Position numbers and translations under genes: made by a program
Source of the DNA: Alphaproteobacteria bacterium
GTDB lineage: Bacteria; Pseudomonadota; Alphaproteobacteria; Holosporales; JBOFFI01
Reading direction: 5' to 3'
Assembly (NCBI GenBank): GCA_051648545.1
Contig: JBOFFI010000035.1
Coordinates: forward strand, 4,225-68,224
DNA length: 64,000 bases
Part shown: positions 17,514 through 28,734 of the stretch, piece after piece
Layout: each line of letters begins with the position of its first letter
Numbering within the stretch: the stretch's first letter is position 1
The notes under the pieces: generated by a model
The model's database searches: none
What the model was told of the DNA's origin: nothing
Seen by the model: the letters and a program-made list of their open reading frames with translations, nothing else

Positions 17514-18317
17514 TTAAGCTTTCAGCTGACGCTGCATGATATACCCTGCAATCAGCACGCATAGGCTTACAAACACCACAATCAAGGTTGCCAGGGCATT
17601 AATCTGCGGTGTAATCCCAAGCTTGATGCTGGAAAAAATGACCATGGGAAGGGTTGAAGACCCGGGGCCTGAGGTGAAGCTGGCGATGACGAGGTCATCT
17701 AGGGAAAGCGCAAAAGAAAGCAGCCACCCGGCAAGGAGGGCTGGGTAAATTAAGGGGAGGGTGATCAAGAAAAAAACTTTGTGGGGTTTTGCGCCTAAAT
17801 CCAACGCAGCTTCTTCTAAAGATTCGTCCACCTCTAACAGCCTTGCCCGAACAATGACGGTTACATAGGCCAAAGCCAGGGTTGTGTGGGCGATGGTGAT
17901 GGTGTCAACGCCTCTCCCCTGGGGCCAGCCAAAAGCTTGTTCAAAAGAAACGAACAGCATCAACAACGCCAAGCCAGTGATCACTTCCGGCATCACCAGC
18001 GGGGCCGTGGCCATGATGCCCAACAAAGTTTTCCCCCGAAAAGGCTGAAGCCGCACCAAGATCACCGCACATAAAGTTCCCATAATCACAGCAAGGGTTG
18101 CTGAAACCACAGCAATCCGCAGGCTGACCAGGCTTGCATCTAGAAGAAGGGTATTAGAAAAAAGCGCTTGATACCACTTCAGGGAAAAACCCTGCCAAAG
18201 GGTTGGAATCTTAGATGCGTTGAAGGAAAAAACGATCACACACAAGATGGGCGCATATAAAAAGGCGTACCCAAAGGCCAAAACACCTAAAATGAAGGGA
18301 GAGCGCTGGGATGTCAT
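17514..18317 (-). CDS. potI: Polyamine ABC transporter permease (PotI/PotC-like)
   Basis: 267 aa, a multi-TM binding-protein-dependent permease. Last gene of a four-gene operon in potFGHI order. Confidence 0.8.
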   Translation of the reverse strand: MTSQRSPFILGVLAFGYAFLYAPILCVIVFSFNASKIPTLWQGFSLKWYQALFSNTLLLDASLVSLRIAVVSATLAVIMGTLCAVILVRLQPFRGKTLLGIMATAPLVMPEVITGLALLMLFVSFEQAFGWPQGRGVDTITIAHTTLALAYVTVIVRARLLEVDESLEEAALDLGAKPHKVFFLITLPLIYPALLAGWLLSFALSLDDLVIASFTSGPGSSTLPMVIFSSIKLGITPQINALATLIVVFVSLCVLIAGYIMQRQLKA

Positions 18318-18332
18318 ATCATGTTACCTTTC

Positions 18333-19250
18333 TCAAGATTCCGTCTCACGGTTTTGAAGACGTTGGAAGATGGTCATGGGAATCAAGAGCAGCAAAAGCA
18401 TTAAAATGGCCAAAGCTGAAGCAACCGGCCAATCCCGATTATGGAAAAATTCATTCCATAATACCCGGCCGATCATCAAAGTTTTTGATCCCCCCAGAAG
18501 CTCTGGAATCACAAATTCTCCCACAGCAGGCACAAAAACAAGAATAGAGCCGGAAATGGCGCCGGGAAGCGACAACGGAACGATGATTTTCCAAAATGCC
18601 GTAAAGGGACGACACCCCAAGTCAAAGGCAGCTTCCAAAAGGGTTGTGTCTATTTTTTCGAGGGAGGTATAAAGCGGCAAAATCATGAAAGGTAGGTAGG
18701 AGTAAACAATTCCAATCCAAACCGCAAAAGTATTATCCATGAGCGGGAGAGGATGTTGAATGACCCCTAGGTAAACCAAGAGGTTGTTGATGACCCCCTG
18801 GGGGCTCAAGAGGCTTACCCATGCATAGACCCGCACAAGGAAAGATGTCCAAAAAGGAAGCACTACCAACATCAGCAACAGAATCTTAAACCGGGGGGAA
18901 GCTTTTGCGATGCCATAGGCCATGGGGTACCCCAACATCAAGCAGGCAAGGGTTGCCCAAAACGCAATCCACAGGGAATGAAAATAGGCGTAAAGGTAGA
19001 GATCATCTGAAATCACAAACAGATAATTTTCAAGGCTGATCTTGATCTGTAAAACATAATCCCCAAGCCAAGCCACAAGGGGAGAATAGGGGGGAAGCCC
19101 TGTTACAGGTTCAGAAAAGCTGATTTTCAAAACCATCACAAAAGGAATCAAGAAAAATAGCAAAAGCCAGCCATAGGGCGCCAGAACCCAAAAGGGGCGC
19201 CGCGCTATTTTTTTTAAAAAAGACAGCAAAGAAACAGCGAGAAAAGCCAT
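18333..19250 (-). CDS. potH: Polyamine ABC transporter permease (PotH/PotB-like)
   Basis: 305 aa. Has the EAA-loop region LLEAAFDLGCRPFTAFWKIIVPLSLPG. Confidence 0.8.
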   Translation of the reverse strand: MAFLAVSLLSFLKKIARRPFWVLAPYGWLLLFFLIPFVMVLKISFSEPVTGLPPYSPLVAWLGDYVLQIKISLENYLFVISDDLYLYAYFHSLWIAFWATLACLMLGYPMAYGIAKASPRFKILLLMLVVLPFWTSFLVRVYAWVSLLSPQGVINNLLVYLGVIQHPLPLMDNTFAVWIGIVYSYLPFMILPLYTSLEKIDTTLLEAAFDLGCRPFTAFWKIIVPLSLPGAISGSILVFVPAVGEFVIPELLGGSKTLMIGRVLWNEFFHNRDWPVASALAILMLLLLLIPMTIFQRLQNRETES

Positions 19251-19266
19251 AAGATGTTATTCCCTC

Positions 19267-20403
19267 TTAAACGGTTAGAACAATGCCATTTTCTGCCCGC
19301 CAAAACAGGTAAACCTCATCCTCCCATTTAACAGGGCGCTCTGCCAAACGTACCAAATTTGGCTGGGTTGCTAAGACGATTTTTCCAGAATTCAGCTGGA
19401 CGTGATAGATGGAAACATCTCCTAAATAGCCGATATCTTTCACAATCCCCCGGGTGCAGTTCTTGAGCATCTCCGGGCGTTCCGTTGACATCATCACTTT
19501 TTCAGGACGGATAGCAACCGCTACATGGGCCCCCACTGGCGCCAAGGCTGAATGTCCTACATATAAATGGCACCCGGCTTCTTCGGAGCGGATCAGCACG
19601 TGATCAGCCTCCTCTTCCACCACCAGGCCTTCGAAAATATTAATGGAGCCAATAAAGTTGGCCACGAAGAGAGAATTTGGATATTCATAAATCTCCCCTG
19701 GCGTTCCCACTTGGCTGATGCGTCCTTGCTCCATAATCCCCATGCGGGTGGAAACCGTCATGGCTTCTTCCTGATCGTGGGTTACCATGATGAAGGTGAT
19801 CCCTACTTTTTCTTGAATGTTGACGAGCTCAAACTGGGTTTGCTCCCGAAGGGTTTTATCAAGGGCCGCGAGGGGCTCATCCAGCAGCAGCATCTTGGGG
19901 TGCTTAGCTAAAGAGCGCGCCAGAGCTACCCGTTGGCGTTGACCACCTGAGAGCTGTTGAGGCTTGCGTTCTGCATAATTTCCCATATGTACCAAATCCA
20001 GGACTTCTCGGATGCGCTCCTGGATTTCTTTCTTAGGCAGGCCCTCTTGCTTAAGCCCAAAAGCCACATTTTGGGCAACGGTCATGTGGGGAAACAGCGC
20101 ATAAGATTGAAACATCATGTTCACCGGGCGCTCATAGGGCGGAGTTTGGGTAACATCCACACCATCGATAAAGATGCGTCCGCTGGTGGGGCGTTCAAAC
20201 CCCGCAAGCAACCTGAGAAGCGTTGTTTTTCCGCAACCAGATCCACCCAACAGGGAAAAAAATTCTTTTTTATAAATCGAAAGGGTCACGTTGTTGACTG
20301 CAACAACCCCATCAAAATTTTTTGAAACCCCTTCCAGGTGGATATAGGGCTTTGCGCGGGGGTTTTGCCAAGGCTCAAGACGAGATGAGGAAAGTTTGAC
20401 CAT
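19267..20403 (-). CDS. potG: Polyamine ABC transporter ATPase (PotG/PotA-like)
   Basis: 378 aa. Walker A GGSGCGKTT, signature [13 protein letters not shown], and a C-terminal TOBE-like domain. Confidence 0.88.
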   Translation of the reverse strand: MVKLSSSRLEPWQNPRAKPYIHLEGVSKNFDGVVAVNNVTLSIYKKEFFSLLGGSGCGKTTLLRLLAGFERPTSGRIFIDGVDVTQTPPYERPVNMMFQSYALFPHMTVAQNVAFGLKQEGLPKKEIQERIREVLDLVHMGNYAERKPQQLSGGQRQRVALARSLAKHPKMLLLDEPLAALDKTLREQTQFELVNIQEKVGITFIMVTHDQEEAMTVSTRMGIMEQGRISQVGTPGEIYEYPNSLFVANFIGSINIFEGLVVEEEADHVLIRSEEAGCHLYVGHSALAPVGAHVAVAIRPEKVMMSTERPEMLKNCTRGIVKDIGYLGDVSIYHVQLNSGKIVLATQPNLVRLAERPVKWEDEVYLFWRAENGIVLTV

Positions 20404-20438
20404 AAATTCCTGAATCCCTTTCTGGAAAATGAGCTAAT

Positions 20439-21581
20439 CTAATAGCCTGTTTTAACTTTTGTCCAAGCGCGGAGTCGCTTTCTTTCATACACACGAGATT
20501 TTACAACGTCAACCTTAAGTTTTTCTTGCACTTCTCGTGGCGGGTAGATGGCTTCGTCTTCTAAGACATCTTTTTGAATATAGGGAGCAGAAGAAGGCAC
20601 TGCATTGGGAGAACGTGTAAGGTTAGTAATCTTGGCGATAATCTCAGGGCGCAAGATAAAATTGATAAAGCGGTGGGCGTTATTTGGATGGGGTGCATCC
20701 ATGGGGATCGCCATCAAATCAAACCAGATAAAGCTTCCCTCTGATGGAATGACATACCGAACAGTTTGGCTATCTTTGCGCTCTGCTGCGCGCTGTTTAG
20801 CCATATTCCCATAGCTTGACCAGGTTTGTGCAACGCAGATTTCTCCCGTTGCAATTTGATTCATAAACTGAGAGGAATCAAATTTGGAGATAAAAGGGCT
20901 TACCCCTTGAACAATTTTTACAGCTTCTCCAAGCAAATGAACATCTTCTTTCACAGGATTTTGGCTCAAATAAGTGAGCGCAGAAGAGAATACTTCAATG
21001 GGAGAATCCAGAAGCGTTACCCGGCATCCTTTTTGAGCAAGGGTTCGGACAATTTTTGGGTCAAACAGCATGCGCAGGCTTTCAACGGGAGCATCTGGGA
21101 AAGCAGCTGCCAGTGCATTAACATTATAAACAAACCCTGTTGTTCCCCATAAATAGGGAACTGCAAAACGGTTTTCAGGGTCTGCGGCCGTCAATTTTTT
21201 CATGAGATTGGCGTCTAAAAGCTTTGCACTGGGAATCTTAGAAAAATCTAGGGGGAGGTAAACCCCCGCTGGAATCTGACGTGCTAAATCTGGCCATGCC
21301 GAAGGAAAAACCACATCATACCCAGAACGTGCCGCCAACAATTTGGCTTCTAAAACCTCCGGGCTATCAAAAACATCATAATAAACCCGTATGCCTGTTT
21401 CAGCTTGAAATTGTTGCAGCACAACTTCTGGAAGATAATTTGCCCAATTATAAATGTACAAGATGGGCGCTTCTTTTTTCGAAACAGATACCTGAGAAGC
21501 CGCGGAAGCGCCCACGAATGCAAACAAATTGCTAGAGGCTAAAAAAACGAAAAGCCATAGAAAAAACCTGGGACGAAACAC
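20439..21581 (-). CDS. potF: Putrescine/spermidine periplasmic binding protein (PotF/PotD family)
   Basis: 380 aa, GTG start, signal peptide. LYIYNWANYLPEVVLQQFQAETGIRV is typical of the PotD/F family. Confidence 0.8.
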   Translation of the reverse strand: MFRPRFFLWLFVFLASSNLFAFVGASAASQVSVSKKEAPILYIYNWANYLPEVVLQQFQAETGIRVYYDVFDSPEVLEAKLLAARSGYDVVFPSAWPDLARQIPAGVYLPLDFSKIPSAKLLDANLMKKLTAADPENRFAVPYLWGTTGFVYNVNALAAAFPDAPVESLRMLFDPKIVRTLAQKGCRVTLLDSPIEVFSSALTYLSQNPVKEDVHLLGEAVKIVQGVSPFISKFDSSQFMNQIATGEICVAQTWSSYGNMAKQRAAERKDSQTVRYVIPSEGSFIWFDLMAIPMDAPHPNNAHRFINFILRPEIIAKITNLTRSPNAVPSSAPYIQKDVLEDEAIYPPREVQEKLKVDVVKSRVYERKRLRAWTKVKTGY

Positions 21582-21689
21582 GGATAAAGCGCTACTTTTT
21601 TATAAACCACAACGATCCCCTTTTTTAACCTAATTGGGAAAAAATAACAATGGCGTCCAGATTTTTTTGGGTTGCTTACATGAGAAAAA

Positions 21690-22160
21690 TTAATTTTCCG
21701 ATTTAGTATCGGTATAACTCAAATCAGAATGAGCAAGTATGTCAGAGACTTCTTCAGGGCTGAGGGGCTCTTGTTGAGCTAACGAAACTGAAGGGATTTT
21801 ATCGACTTTGCTCGCTTCCAAAGGTAGATTTTCATAAATAAATACCGTACCTCCAGAGCAAATGCTTGGGCTGATAGACGGGCTGTAAGAAAGAGGCTCT
21901 CTGGGAGATTGGGTGCTGCTAGCAGATATAAGTCCGTGCAGAACTACTTCTTGGGAAGAAAGAGGTAAAATGAGTTTTGGTGAACGCTTTTGAGGAAGAT
22001 CAAGTGCTTCTACCAAGAGACTGTTTTTTGGTGTCGAAGAGCGGTCAGAAGATGTGCCCATAGCTTTTGCATCAAAAGACTTGGGGTTGACAGGAAAAGC
22101 TTGGGACGCAAGAGATATCAATGCAACAAAACCAATGAGATAGCTTGAGTGTAATTTCAT
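21690..22160 (-). CDS. Small secreted Ser/Pro-rich orphan protein
   Basis: The track ORF opens at 22223. The ATG at 22160 gives MKLHSSYLIGFVALISLASQAFP (signal peptide), 156 aa. Low-complexity, S/P-rich, with AT-rich flanks. Confidence 0.5.
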   Translation of the reverse strand: MKLHSSYLIGFVALISLASQAFPVNPKSFDAKAMGTSSDRSSTPKNSLLVEALDLPQKRSPKLILPLSSQEVVLHGLISASSTQSPREPLSYSPSISPSICSGGTVFIYENLPLEASKVDKIPSVSLAQQEPLSPEEVSDILAHSDLSYTDTKSEN

Positions 22161-22321
22161 AAAAAATTCCTTATTTTTAAATTTAAATAATGCTGGAAGA
22201 ATACAAAAAATAAACAAATACAAAGAAATAATAATATTTCAATTCAAATAAATAAAAGTATTTTTCAATATTTAATTGATAAATAAGGAGTTTTTTTATT
22301 TTGGAATTGCTGATCACGGCT

Positions 22322-22363
22322 AAAAAACTGTTAATAAAGCAAATGTTGCTAACAGTTTTTTTT
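22322..22363 (-). terminator. Terminator downstream of gatB (bidirectional shape)
   Basis: Perfect 12-bp stem AAAAAACTGTTA/TAACAGTTTTTT (22322-22333 and 22350-22361) with a 16-nt loop. A U-run follows on both strands. Confidence 0.55.
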
Positions 22364-22390
22364 AATTTTTTTGAAAAGAATTCAATCCTG

Positions 22391-23881
22391 TTAAGCAGGG
22401 CTGTCAAGGAGCTCTTTCAGCAGGCTGTTAACCATGGCAGGGTTCCCCTGGCCTTGGGTTGCTTTCATGGCCTGGCCCACAAAATAACCAAACAGCTTGT
22501 CTTTGCCCCCACGGTACGCCTCCACCTTATCCGATTCTTTTTGCAAGATATCCTGTAAAATCTGGCGCAGCTGCCCTTCATCGCTCACCTGGCGAAACCC
22601 TTTTTCTGCGACGATTGCTTCAGGGTCTTGCCCTGTTTCCCACATCAGTGCAAAAACTTCTTTGGCCATTTTTCCAGAAAGAACCCCTTCTTGGATCAAA
22701 TCCATCAGCTTTGCCAAAGCGCTTGGAGTCAAAGCCATGCGCTCTAAATCTGCCCCATCCCTGTTAAGGGCCGCGAATAGGTCTCCCATCATCCAGTTAG
22801 CCAGGTTTTTAGCCACTGCTTGAGGGTGCTGCTTGGATAACGCGAGGGTCGTCTCAAAAAAAGCAGCCGTTTCTTTTTCTGCTACCAAAACGTCAGCATC
22901 ATAGGCGGAAAGCCCAAGGGTTTCCATCAAGCGTTGCTTTTTAGCCTCTGGCAGTTCTGGCAAAGCGCGGCGAATGCCTTCCACAAGCTCTTGGGAAAGG
23001 CAGAGGGGAGGGAGGTCTGGATCTGGAAAATAGCGGTAATCGTGGGCTTCCTCTTTCTTTCGCATCGAGCGCGTCTCGCTCTTATTCGCGTCAAAAAGAC
23101 GGGTTTCTTGGGAGACAGATCCGCGTGCTTCCAAAAGCGCTATTTGGCGTGCTGCTTCATAGAGAATAGCTTGTTGCAAGAATTTGATGGAGTTAACGTT
23201 TTTCACCTCAACCCTTGTTCCCAGGGCCTCCCCCGGTTTGCGAACCGAAATATTCGCATCCACCCGCAAGCTTCCCTCTTCCATATTGCCATCACAGGTT
23301 TCCAAATAGCGAAGCAGTGCTCTCAGCTTTTTCACATACAAAGCGGCTTCTGCTGCTGTGCGCATATCAGGCTCTGACACAATCTCCATCAAAGCAATCC
23401 CTGCGCGATTAAGATCAATCAAAGATTGGGAGGGGTGAAGGTCATGAAAGCTTTTCCCAGCATCCTGCTCAAGGTGCAAGCGGTTAATGCGGATGCGCTT
23501 TAAGTTTCCAGGCTCTGGCTCAATATCCAGATAGCCCCCTTCCACAATGGGTTTTTTGAACTGGGTAATTTGATACCCTGAAGGTAGATCTGCATAAAAA
23601 TAATTTTTGCGATCAAAAGCTGACGTCAGGCTAATGGTGCCATTCAACCCAATGCCCGTGCGAACGGCTTGTTCGACACACACTTGGTTGATGACGGGGA
23701 GCATGCCTGGAAATGCAGCATCCAAAAACGAAACTTGCGTGTTCGGCTCTCCGCCAAAGGCTGTGGAGGCTCCGGAAAAAAGCTTTGATGACGAGGTTAT
23801 TTGAGCATGAACCTCCAGCCCGATCACCATTTCCCAAAGCCCTGTTTCCCCTGCAATCAAACACTTTTTCTCGTCAGACAT
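22391..23881 (-). CDS. gatB: Asp/Glu-tRNA amidotransferase subunit B
   Basis: 496 aa. [13 protein letters not shown] and [15 protein letters not shown] are typical of GatB. Confidence 0.93.
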   Translation of the reverse strand: MSDEKKCLIAGETGLWEMVIGLEVHAQITSSSKLFSGASTAFGGEPNTQVSFLDAAFPGMLPVINQVCVEQAVRTGIGLNGTISLTSAFDRKNYFYADLPSGYQITQFKKPIVEGGYLDIEPEPGNLKRIRINRLHLEQDAGKSFHDLHPSQSLIDLNRAGIALMEIVSEPDMRTAAEAALYVKKLRALLRYLETCDGNMEEGSLRVDANISVRKPGEALGTRVEVKNVNSIKFLQQAILYEAARQIALLEARGSVSQETRLFDANKSETRSMRKKEEAHDYRYFPDPDLPPLCLSQELVEGIRRALPELPEAKKQRLMETLGLSAYDADVLVAEKETAAFFETTLALSKQHPQAVAKNLANWMMGDLFAALNRDGADLERMALTPSALAKLMDLIQEGVLSGKMAKEVFALMWETGQDPEAIVAEKGFRQVSDEGQLRQILQDILQKESDKVEAYRGGKDKLFGYFVGQAMKATQGQGNPAMVNSLLKELLDSPA

Positions 23882-23988
23882 GTTTTTTTACTTACCTTTG
23901 TTTTCTGGAAGCCAACCTTCACATCTTTTTAAGGGGTGTAGCGAATATATGTTCATCATACAATCTATTATGTTGCAAATAAAGTCTA

Positions 23989-25467
23989 TTAAAAGGGAAG
24001 TGGCTTAAAATCAGCTGCTTTTTCCAACACTGATGCAACCCGCAACACCATCTCTTCATCAAAAGAACGTCCCACCACTTGAAGCCCCAGAGGGAGACCC
24101 TCTGTATCCAACCCAGCAGGAACTGAAATGGCCGGAAGCCCTGCAAGGCTGATGGGAACTGTGAAAATATCATTCAAATACATGGTAATGGGGTCTGTTT
24201 GCTTTTCTTCGATGCCAAAAGCCCCTGTGGGCGCTGAAGGCACCAGCAAAGCATCGACAGTTTGAAAAGCCTGGGTGTAATCTTGAGCAATCCTTGCCCG
24301 CACTTTTTGGGCCTTGATATAATACGCATCGTAATATCCGTGGGATAAAACGTAAGTGCCGATTAAGATGCGGCGCTTGACCTCTTTCCCAAAGCCTTCC
24401 CCGCGGGTTAATGCGTAAAGCTCATCTAAGTTTTCTCCGGGCATCCGCTTGCCAAACCGCACACCGTCATAACGGGACAAGTTTGAAGAAGCCTCCGCAG
24501 GGGCAATGATGTAGTAGGCTGGCAAGGCATAGCTGGTGTGGGGAAGGGAAACTGAAACAATCTCAGCCCCTGCTTGCTTGAGCCAGGCTTTTCCTTGCTC
24601 CCAAAGCTGAAGCAAAGGCTCAGACATGCCTTCCAACAAAAATTCTTTGGGAATCCCAATTTTGAGCCCCTTGACGCTCTGCCCAAGCGCCTTAGAAAAA
24701 GCCGGAACGGCGTGGGGGGAAGATGTCGCATCTTTCGGATCGTGCCCACACATCACCTCTAAAAGCGCTGCTGCATCCGCTACATCACGGGTCAAAGGCC
24801 CTGGTTGATCTAGGGAGGACGCAAACGCCACAACCCCCCAGCGAGAACAGCGCCCATAGGTAGGCTTAAACCCCACAACCCCTGTGAACGCTGCAGGTTG
24901 GCGGATAGAGCCCCCTGTATCGGTTCCTAAAGCGGCCAAGGCTGAACCTGCTGCAACGGCTGCAGAAGAGCCCCCTGATGACCCACCTGGAACCAGCTGT
25001 TTAGAAGGATCTGTCTTTGATCTCCAAGGATTAATGACGGGCCCGAATGCACTGGTAAGGTTGGCGGACCCCATGGCGAATTCATCCAAATTCAATTTTC
25101 CCAGGGTGATGGCCCCTGCATCCCGCAGCTTTTGCGTCACCGTTGATTCATAAGGCGAAATAAACCCTTCTAAAACGCGAGAAGCTGCCGTGGTTGGGAT
25201 TTGCTTGGTGCAAAACAGGTCTTTGATTCCCAGGGGAAGACCGTCTAAAAGGCGCATTTCGCCTTTGGCGATACGTTGGTCTGCTTCTTCCGCTTGGGCG
25301 AGGGCAAGCTCAGGCGTGGGGGTGATGTAGGCGTTCAAGTGCTGGGTTGCTTCCATGGCATCCACATAAGAACTCACAAGCTCTTTCGCTGAGACCGCTC
25401 GATTTAAAAGCTTTTCCCGAATTTGGGTCCACGTAAACGACCTCAACTCATTTTTCATCACAACCAT
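23989..25467 (-). CDS. gatA: Glu-tRNA(Gln) amidotransferase subunit A
   Basis: 492 aa (the start may be the ATG at 25458). Amidase signature [14 protein letters not shown]. Confidence 0.93.
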   Translation of the reverse strand: MVVMKNELRSFTWTQIREKLLNRAVSAKELVSSYVDAMEATQHLNAYITPTPELALAQAEEADQRIAKGEMRLLDGLPLGIKDLFCTKQIPTTAASRVLEGFISPYESTVTQKLRDAGAITLGKLNLDEFAMGSANLTSAFGPVINPWRSKTDPSKQLVPGGSSGGSSAAVAAGSALAALGTDTGGSIRQPAAFTGVVGFKPTYGRCSRWGVVAFASSLDQPGPLTRDVADAAALLEVMCGHDPKDATSSPHAVPAFSKALGQSVKGLKIGIPKEFLLEGMSEPLLQLWEQGKAWLKQAGAEIVSVSLPHTSYALPAYYIIAPAEASSNLSRYDGVRFGKRMPGENLDELYALTRGEGFGKEVKRRILIGTYVLSHGYYDAYYIKAQKVRARIAQDYTQAFQTVDALLVPSAPTGAFGIEEKQTDPITMYLNDIFTVPISLAGLPAISVPAGLDTEGLPLGLQVVGRSFDEEMVLRVASVLEKAADFKPLPF

Positions 25468-25502
25468 TCACCTTTCCCGACGCAGGCCAAATCTGCACCT
25501 AT

Positions 25503-25784
25503 TTACTCAATCACTTTTGGTACGACAAACATGTGCTGAAGCTGTTGAGGTGCGTTTTGCAAAATTTTCTCAACACTATTGCCCTCTGTCACCTTATCCG
25601 GGCGCATGGGCATGCGTTCAACAGCCACACTCACCAAAGGTTCTACACCGTCTGTGGAAACTTCTTCAAGGTGAGACACAAATTCCAGAATCTTTGACAG
25701 ATCCCGTACAAACGCTTGTTTTTCATCTTCTTTCAAGGAGATGCGCGCCAAAGAAGTGATGCGCTCAACGGTTTCAAAATCCAT
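25503..25784 (-). CDS. gatC: Glu-tRNA(Gln) amidotransferase subunit C
   Basis: 93 aa. First gene of the gatCAB order. LARISLKEDEKQAF is typical. Confidence 0.85.
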   Translation of the reverse strand: MDFETVERITSLARISLKEDEKQAFVRDLSKILEFVSHLEEVSTDGVEPLVSVAVERMPMRPDKVTEGNSVEKILQNAPQQLQHMFVVPKVIE

Positions 25785-25827
25785 CTTAATTTCTTTCTTA
25801 ATCTAATCAGCTCGAGGAGGAAAACCA

Positions 25828-27384
25828 TTACCGTTTAGGTGTTGATTTTTCTTCCGATTCTGCCTTAGCAGAAGGCAATTCAAGGGAAACATAAAACGCA
25901 TCCCTCTCTCGCATAAGCAACAGGAGGACTGCCGCCCTTTTCTCTCGTTTTGCTTTTGCAATCTTCTCTGAAATGTCTTTAACCGTGCTCACCTCTTCCT
26001 GATCAACTTCGATGATGATATCCCCTGGTTGGATTCCTTTTTCAGCGGCAGAGCTATCAGGGTCAACACCTGAGATCAAAACCCCTTGGGCATTCAACTT
26101 ATTTTTTAACTCAGGAGAGAGGGGTTTTAGGGTAAGCCCTAAAAGGGTTGATTCAGGGCCAGAAGTTCCCAACGGTTTGTCTTCTCCTGCTTCTGCATCA
26201 TCCTCAAGGGTTGCTTCCCGGGCTTTCATTTGAAGCGTTACCTCTCGATATGTACCGCTTTTGGGGTCTTTACGCCACACCACCACAGGTACAACAGCTT
26301 GAACAGGAAGGCTTCCAATCAAACGAGGAAAACGTTTGGCGTCGTCCACATCGATTCCATTCACTCTTAAGATGATATCACCCCGCTCAATTTTTGCTTC
26401 TGCAGCAGGGCCCCCGGGCACGACACCGCCCACCAAAACACCCACGGGTTTTGCAAGCCCCAAACTTTCTGCAATATCTTGATCAACACGCTGATATTTG
26501 ATCCCAATCCAACCGCGCTTGGTTTTTCCAAATTTTTTCAGTTGTTCAACAACAGGTTGGGCAATAAATCCTGGGATAGAAAACCCAATCCCAACGCTTG
26601 CTCCTGTTGGGGAATAGATAGCGGTATTAACACCAATCACTTTTCCTTCCCGATCAAACAAAGGGCCACCGGAATTGCCTTGGTTAATGGCTGCGTCGGT
26701 TTGGAAATATCCATCGATATAGTTTGTTCCCACTTTGCTGGAAATGTCTCGTCCAATATGGGAAATGATCCCCGTCGTAACCGTGCCCCCCAAGCCATAG
26801 GGGTTTCCGATGGCAAACACGTCATCTCCTACCCGAATTTTGGAAGCATCCCCCCATGAAACATAAGGAAGTGGCTTTGAAGATTCCACCTTTAACAAAG
26901 CCAAATCTGTGCGGGTGTCGCGCCCAATTAACTTAGCCTTCAGTTTGGTTCCATCGTTGAGAATCACGGTGATTTGATCGGCTTCAGCTACGACATGATT
27001 GTTCGTTACCACATAACCTTGTGGGTCAATGATAAACCCAGAACCGAGGGAGGCAATTTTTTGAGAGCGTTGTCTCCCGCCGCCCAGAGGGCCTCCGGGG
27101 ATTTGCTCAAAAAAATCACGAAAAAATTCATCTAACGGTGTGCCTTGGGGAAATTGAGGCATCTCAAAAACCCGTTGCTGTTGTTTTTTGACGTGGGTCA
27201 CCGTTGAGATGTTCACAACGGCTGGTATTAAAGGAACCAACACGTCTGCCAAAGGAGAGGTTTGACTCATAGATTTTGCTGAAAAAGCTTGAGAAAGCAT
27301 GCCCGCCCCCAAAGCTAAAAACACCAAGGAAAAGCCTATGGCTCTAAAAGCTACACCAACTTTTGGAAAAAACCGCATATCCAT
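25828..27384 (-). CDS. degP: Periplasmic serine endoprotease DegP/HtrA (two PDZ domains)
   Basis: 518 aa, signal peptide. Catalytic region TDAAINQGNSGGPLF and two PDZ-like segments. Confidence 0.9.
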   Translation of the reverse strand: MDMRFFPKVGVAFRAIGFSLVFLALGAGMLSQAFSAKSMSQTSPLADVLVPLIPAVVNISTVTHVKKQQQRVFEMPQFPQGTPLDEFFRDFFEQIPGGPLGGGRQRSQKIASLGSGFIIDPQGYVVTNNHVVAEADQITVILNDGTKLKAKLIGRDTRTDLALLKVESSKPLPYVSWGDASKIRVGDDVFAIGNPYGLGGTVTTGIISHIGRDISSKVGTNYIDGYFQTDAAINQGNSGGPLFDREGKVIGVNTAIYSPTGASVGIGFSIPGFIAQPVVEQLKKFGKTKRGWIGIKYQRVDQDIAESLGLAKPVGVLVGGVVPGGPAAEAKIERGDIILRVNGIDVDDAKRFPRLIGSLPVQAVVPVVVWRKDPKSGTYREVTLQMKAREATLEDDAEAGEDKPLGTSGPESTLLGLTLKPLSPELKNKLNAQGVLISGVDPDSSAAEKGIQPGDIIIEVDQEEVSTVKDISEKIAKAKREKRAAVLLLLMRERDAFYVSLELPSAKAESEEKSTPKR

Positions 27385-27547
27385 AATCCCACACGTCCCT
27401 TACAGGTTAACTCTTTCCCCTTTTTATAAATTAAATACTAAAAAAGTCAAAGGCTGTCTTCAGATCTGAATGAAATCAATTGGCCGGCTCTTCCCAACCC
27501 CTAAAAAAGGGCTTTTGTGAAGAAGTTTATTGATGTTTGCCGGGGAT

Positions 27548-28690
27548 TTACCAAAATATCACGGAGATGGGTTTTCCATGGCGATTGCGAAGGTTTTCAA
27601 ATCTTGCACGAAGGGGTGAGCTGGAAGGCACAGAAATAACTAGAGTTCCCAAATCCGTTCTTGGGATTGCCTCCAATAAGGCGCTCAAACCTATGTCCCC
27701 AATGTTGTTCCCACCCAGTTGAAGCCATTTAAGGGTGGATGGAAGGTTGTGTGCCAGCGCTTGTGCACCTGCATCTCTGATGTTGCTCTGGTTTAGGTAA
27801 AGCCATTTAAGGGTGGATGGAAAGCGTAGGGCCAGGGCCTGTGCACCTGTATCACCGATGTTGTTATAACTCAGGTTAAGCGATTCAAGGGTGGGCGGAA
27901 GCCGTGGAACCAAAGCCTGAAAACTTTTCTCTGATATATTATTCTCGCTCAGCCAAAGCCCTTGAAGGGTGGGTGGAAGGTTGTGCGCCAGCGCTTGTGC
28001 ACCTGCATCTCTGATGTTGCTCTGGTTTAGGTAAAGCCATTTAAGGGTGGATGGAAGGTTGTGTGCCAGCGCTTGTGCACCCGCATCACCGATATTGTTA
28101 TAACTCAGGTTAAGCGATTCAAGGGTGGGTGGAAGCCGGAGAACCAAAGCCTGTATACCTGCATCCCCGATGTTGTTTTCGCTCAGATCAAGATTTTTAA
28201 GGTTGACTGGCAAAGCGGGTGCGATGGTTGTGATTTTTTCATCGTTGATCTTTCTATTGGACAGGGATAAATCTTCTACTGGCGCTTGACGAAAAAGGTT
28301 CACGAAAGCCTCTGAAGGACCTCTTTTTTCCAGAAATTTAACTGTAGTTAAATCTTTAAAAAACCTTTCAACCTGTTTCTGATTTGGGAGATTGGCTGGA
28401 ATTTGAACGTTGGTGATGAGCAGGGTGGCTATGTTCCTCAATTTTGTCTCAACCTCCCGGAGGTTTAGCAGATCTTTTTTCTGAAGCTCCGCAAGGATCA
28501 GTTTGATAATATCTGAAGGAAGCCTTTCAAAAGGTGAAGGTTGAGAAACAGGTTTTTCATTCAGCTTTCGATATTTGCTACGTGGCTCTGAAGATGTTTC
28601 GGCCGTGCCTGTTGAAAAGGCAAATTGAGGTGCCATAAAAACAATAAATGCGAGCTTCAAAAATGTAGCTGAGATTAATTGGCTAGACAT
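27548..28690 (-). CDS. Signal-peptide + F-box-like + 7x26-aa RNI-type LRR protein (paralog 3)
   Basis: 380 aa. Signal-like MSSQLISATFLKLAFIVFMAPQFAFS. F-box-like FERLPSDIIKLILAELQKKDLLNLREVETKLRNIA. Seven LRR units. Tail ISVPSSSPLRARFENLRNRHGKPISVIFW. Confidence 0.85.
   Translation of the reverse strand: MSSQLISATFLKLAFIVFMAPQFAFSTGTAETSSEPRSKYRKLNEKPVSQPSPFERLPSDIIKLILAELQKKDLLNLREVETKLRNIATLLITNVQIPANLPNQKQVERFFKDLTTVKFLEKRGPSEAFVNLFRQAPVEDLSLSNRKINDEKITTIAPALPVNLKNLDLSENNIGDAGIQALVLRLPPTLESLNLSYNNIGDAGAQALAHNLPSTLKWLYLNQSNIRDAGAQALAHNLPPTLQGLWLSENNISEKSFQALVPRLPPTLESLNLSYNNIGDTGAQALALRFPSTLKWLYLNQSNIRDAGAQALAHNLPSTLKWLQLGGNNIGDIGLSALLEAIPRTDLGTLVISVPSSSPLRARFENLRNRHGKPISVIFW
27656..28201 (-). 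repeat. In-frame tandem array of 78-nt LRR units, 7 copies
   Basis: aa 164-345 of paralog 3. A stretch of about 80 bp (27741-27821) recurs at 27975-28055 (offset 234 = 3 units) with a single mismatch. Confidence 0.85.
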
Positions 28691-28734
28691 AATAATTGCT
28701 TTTTTTCAAATAAATTCAATACATTATTATCTTG

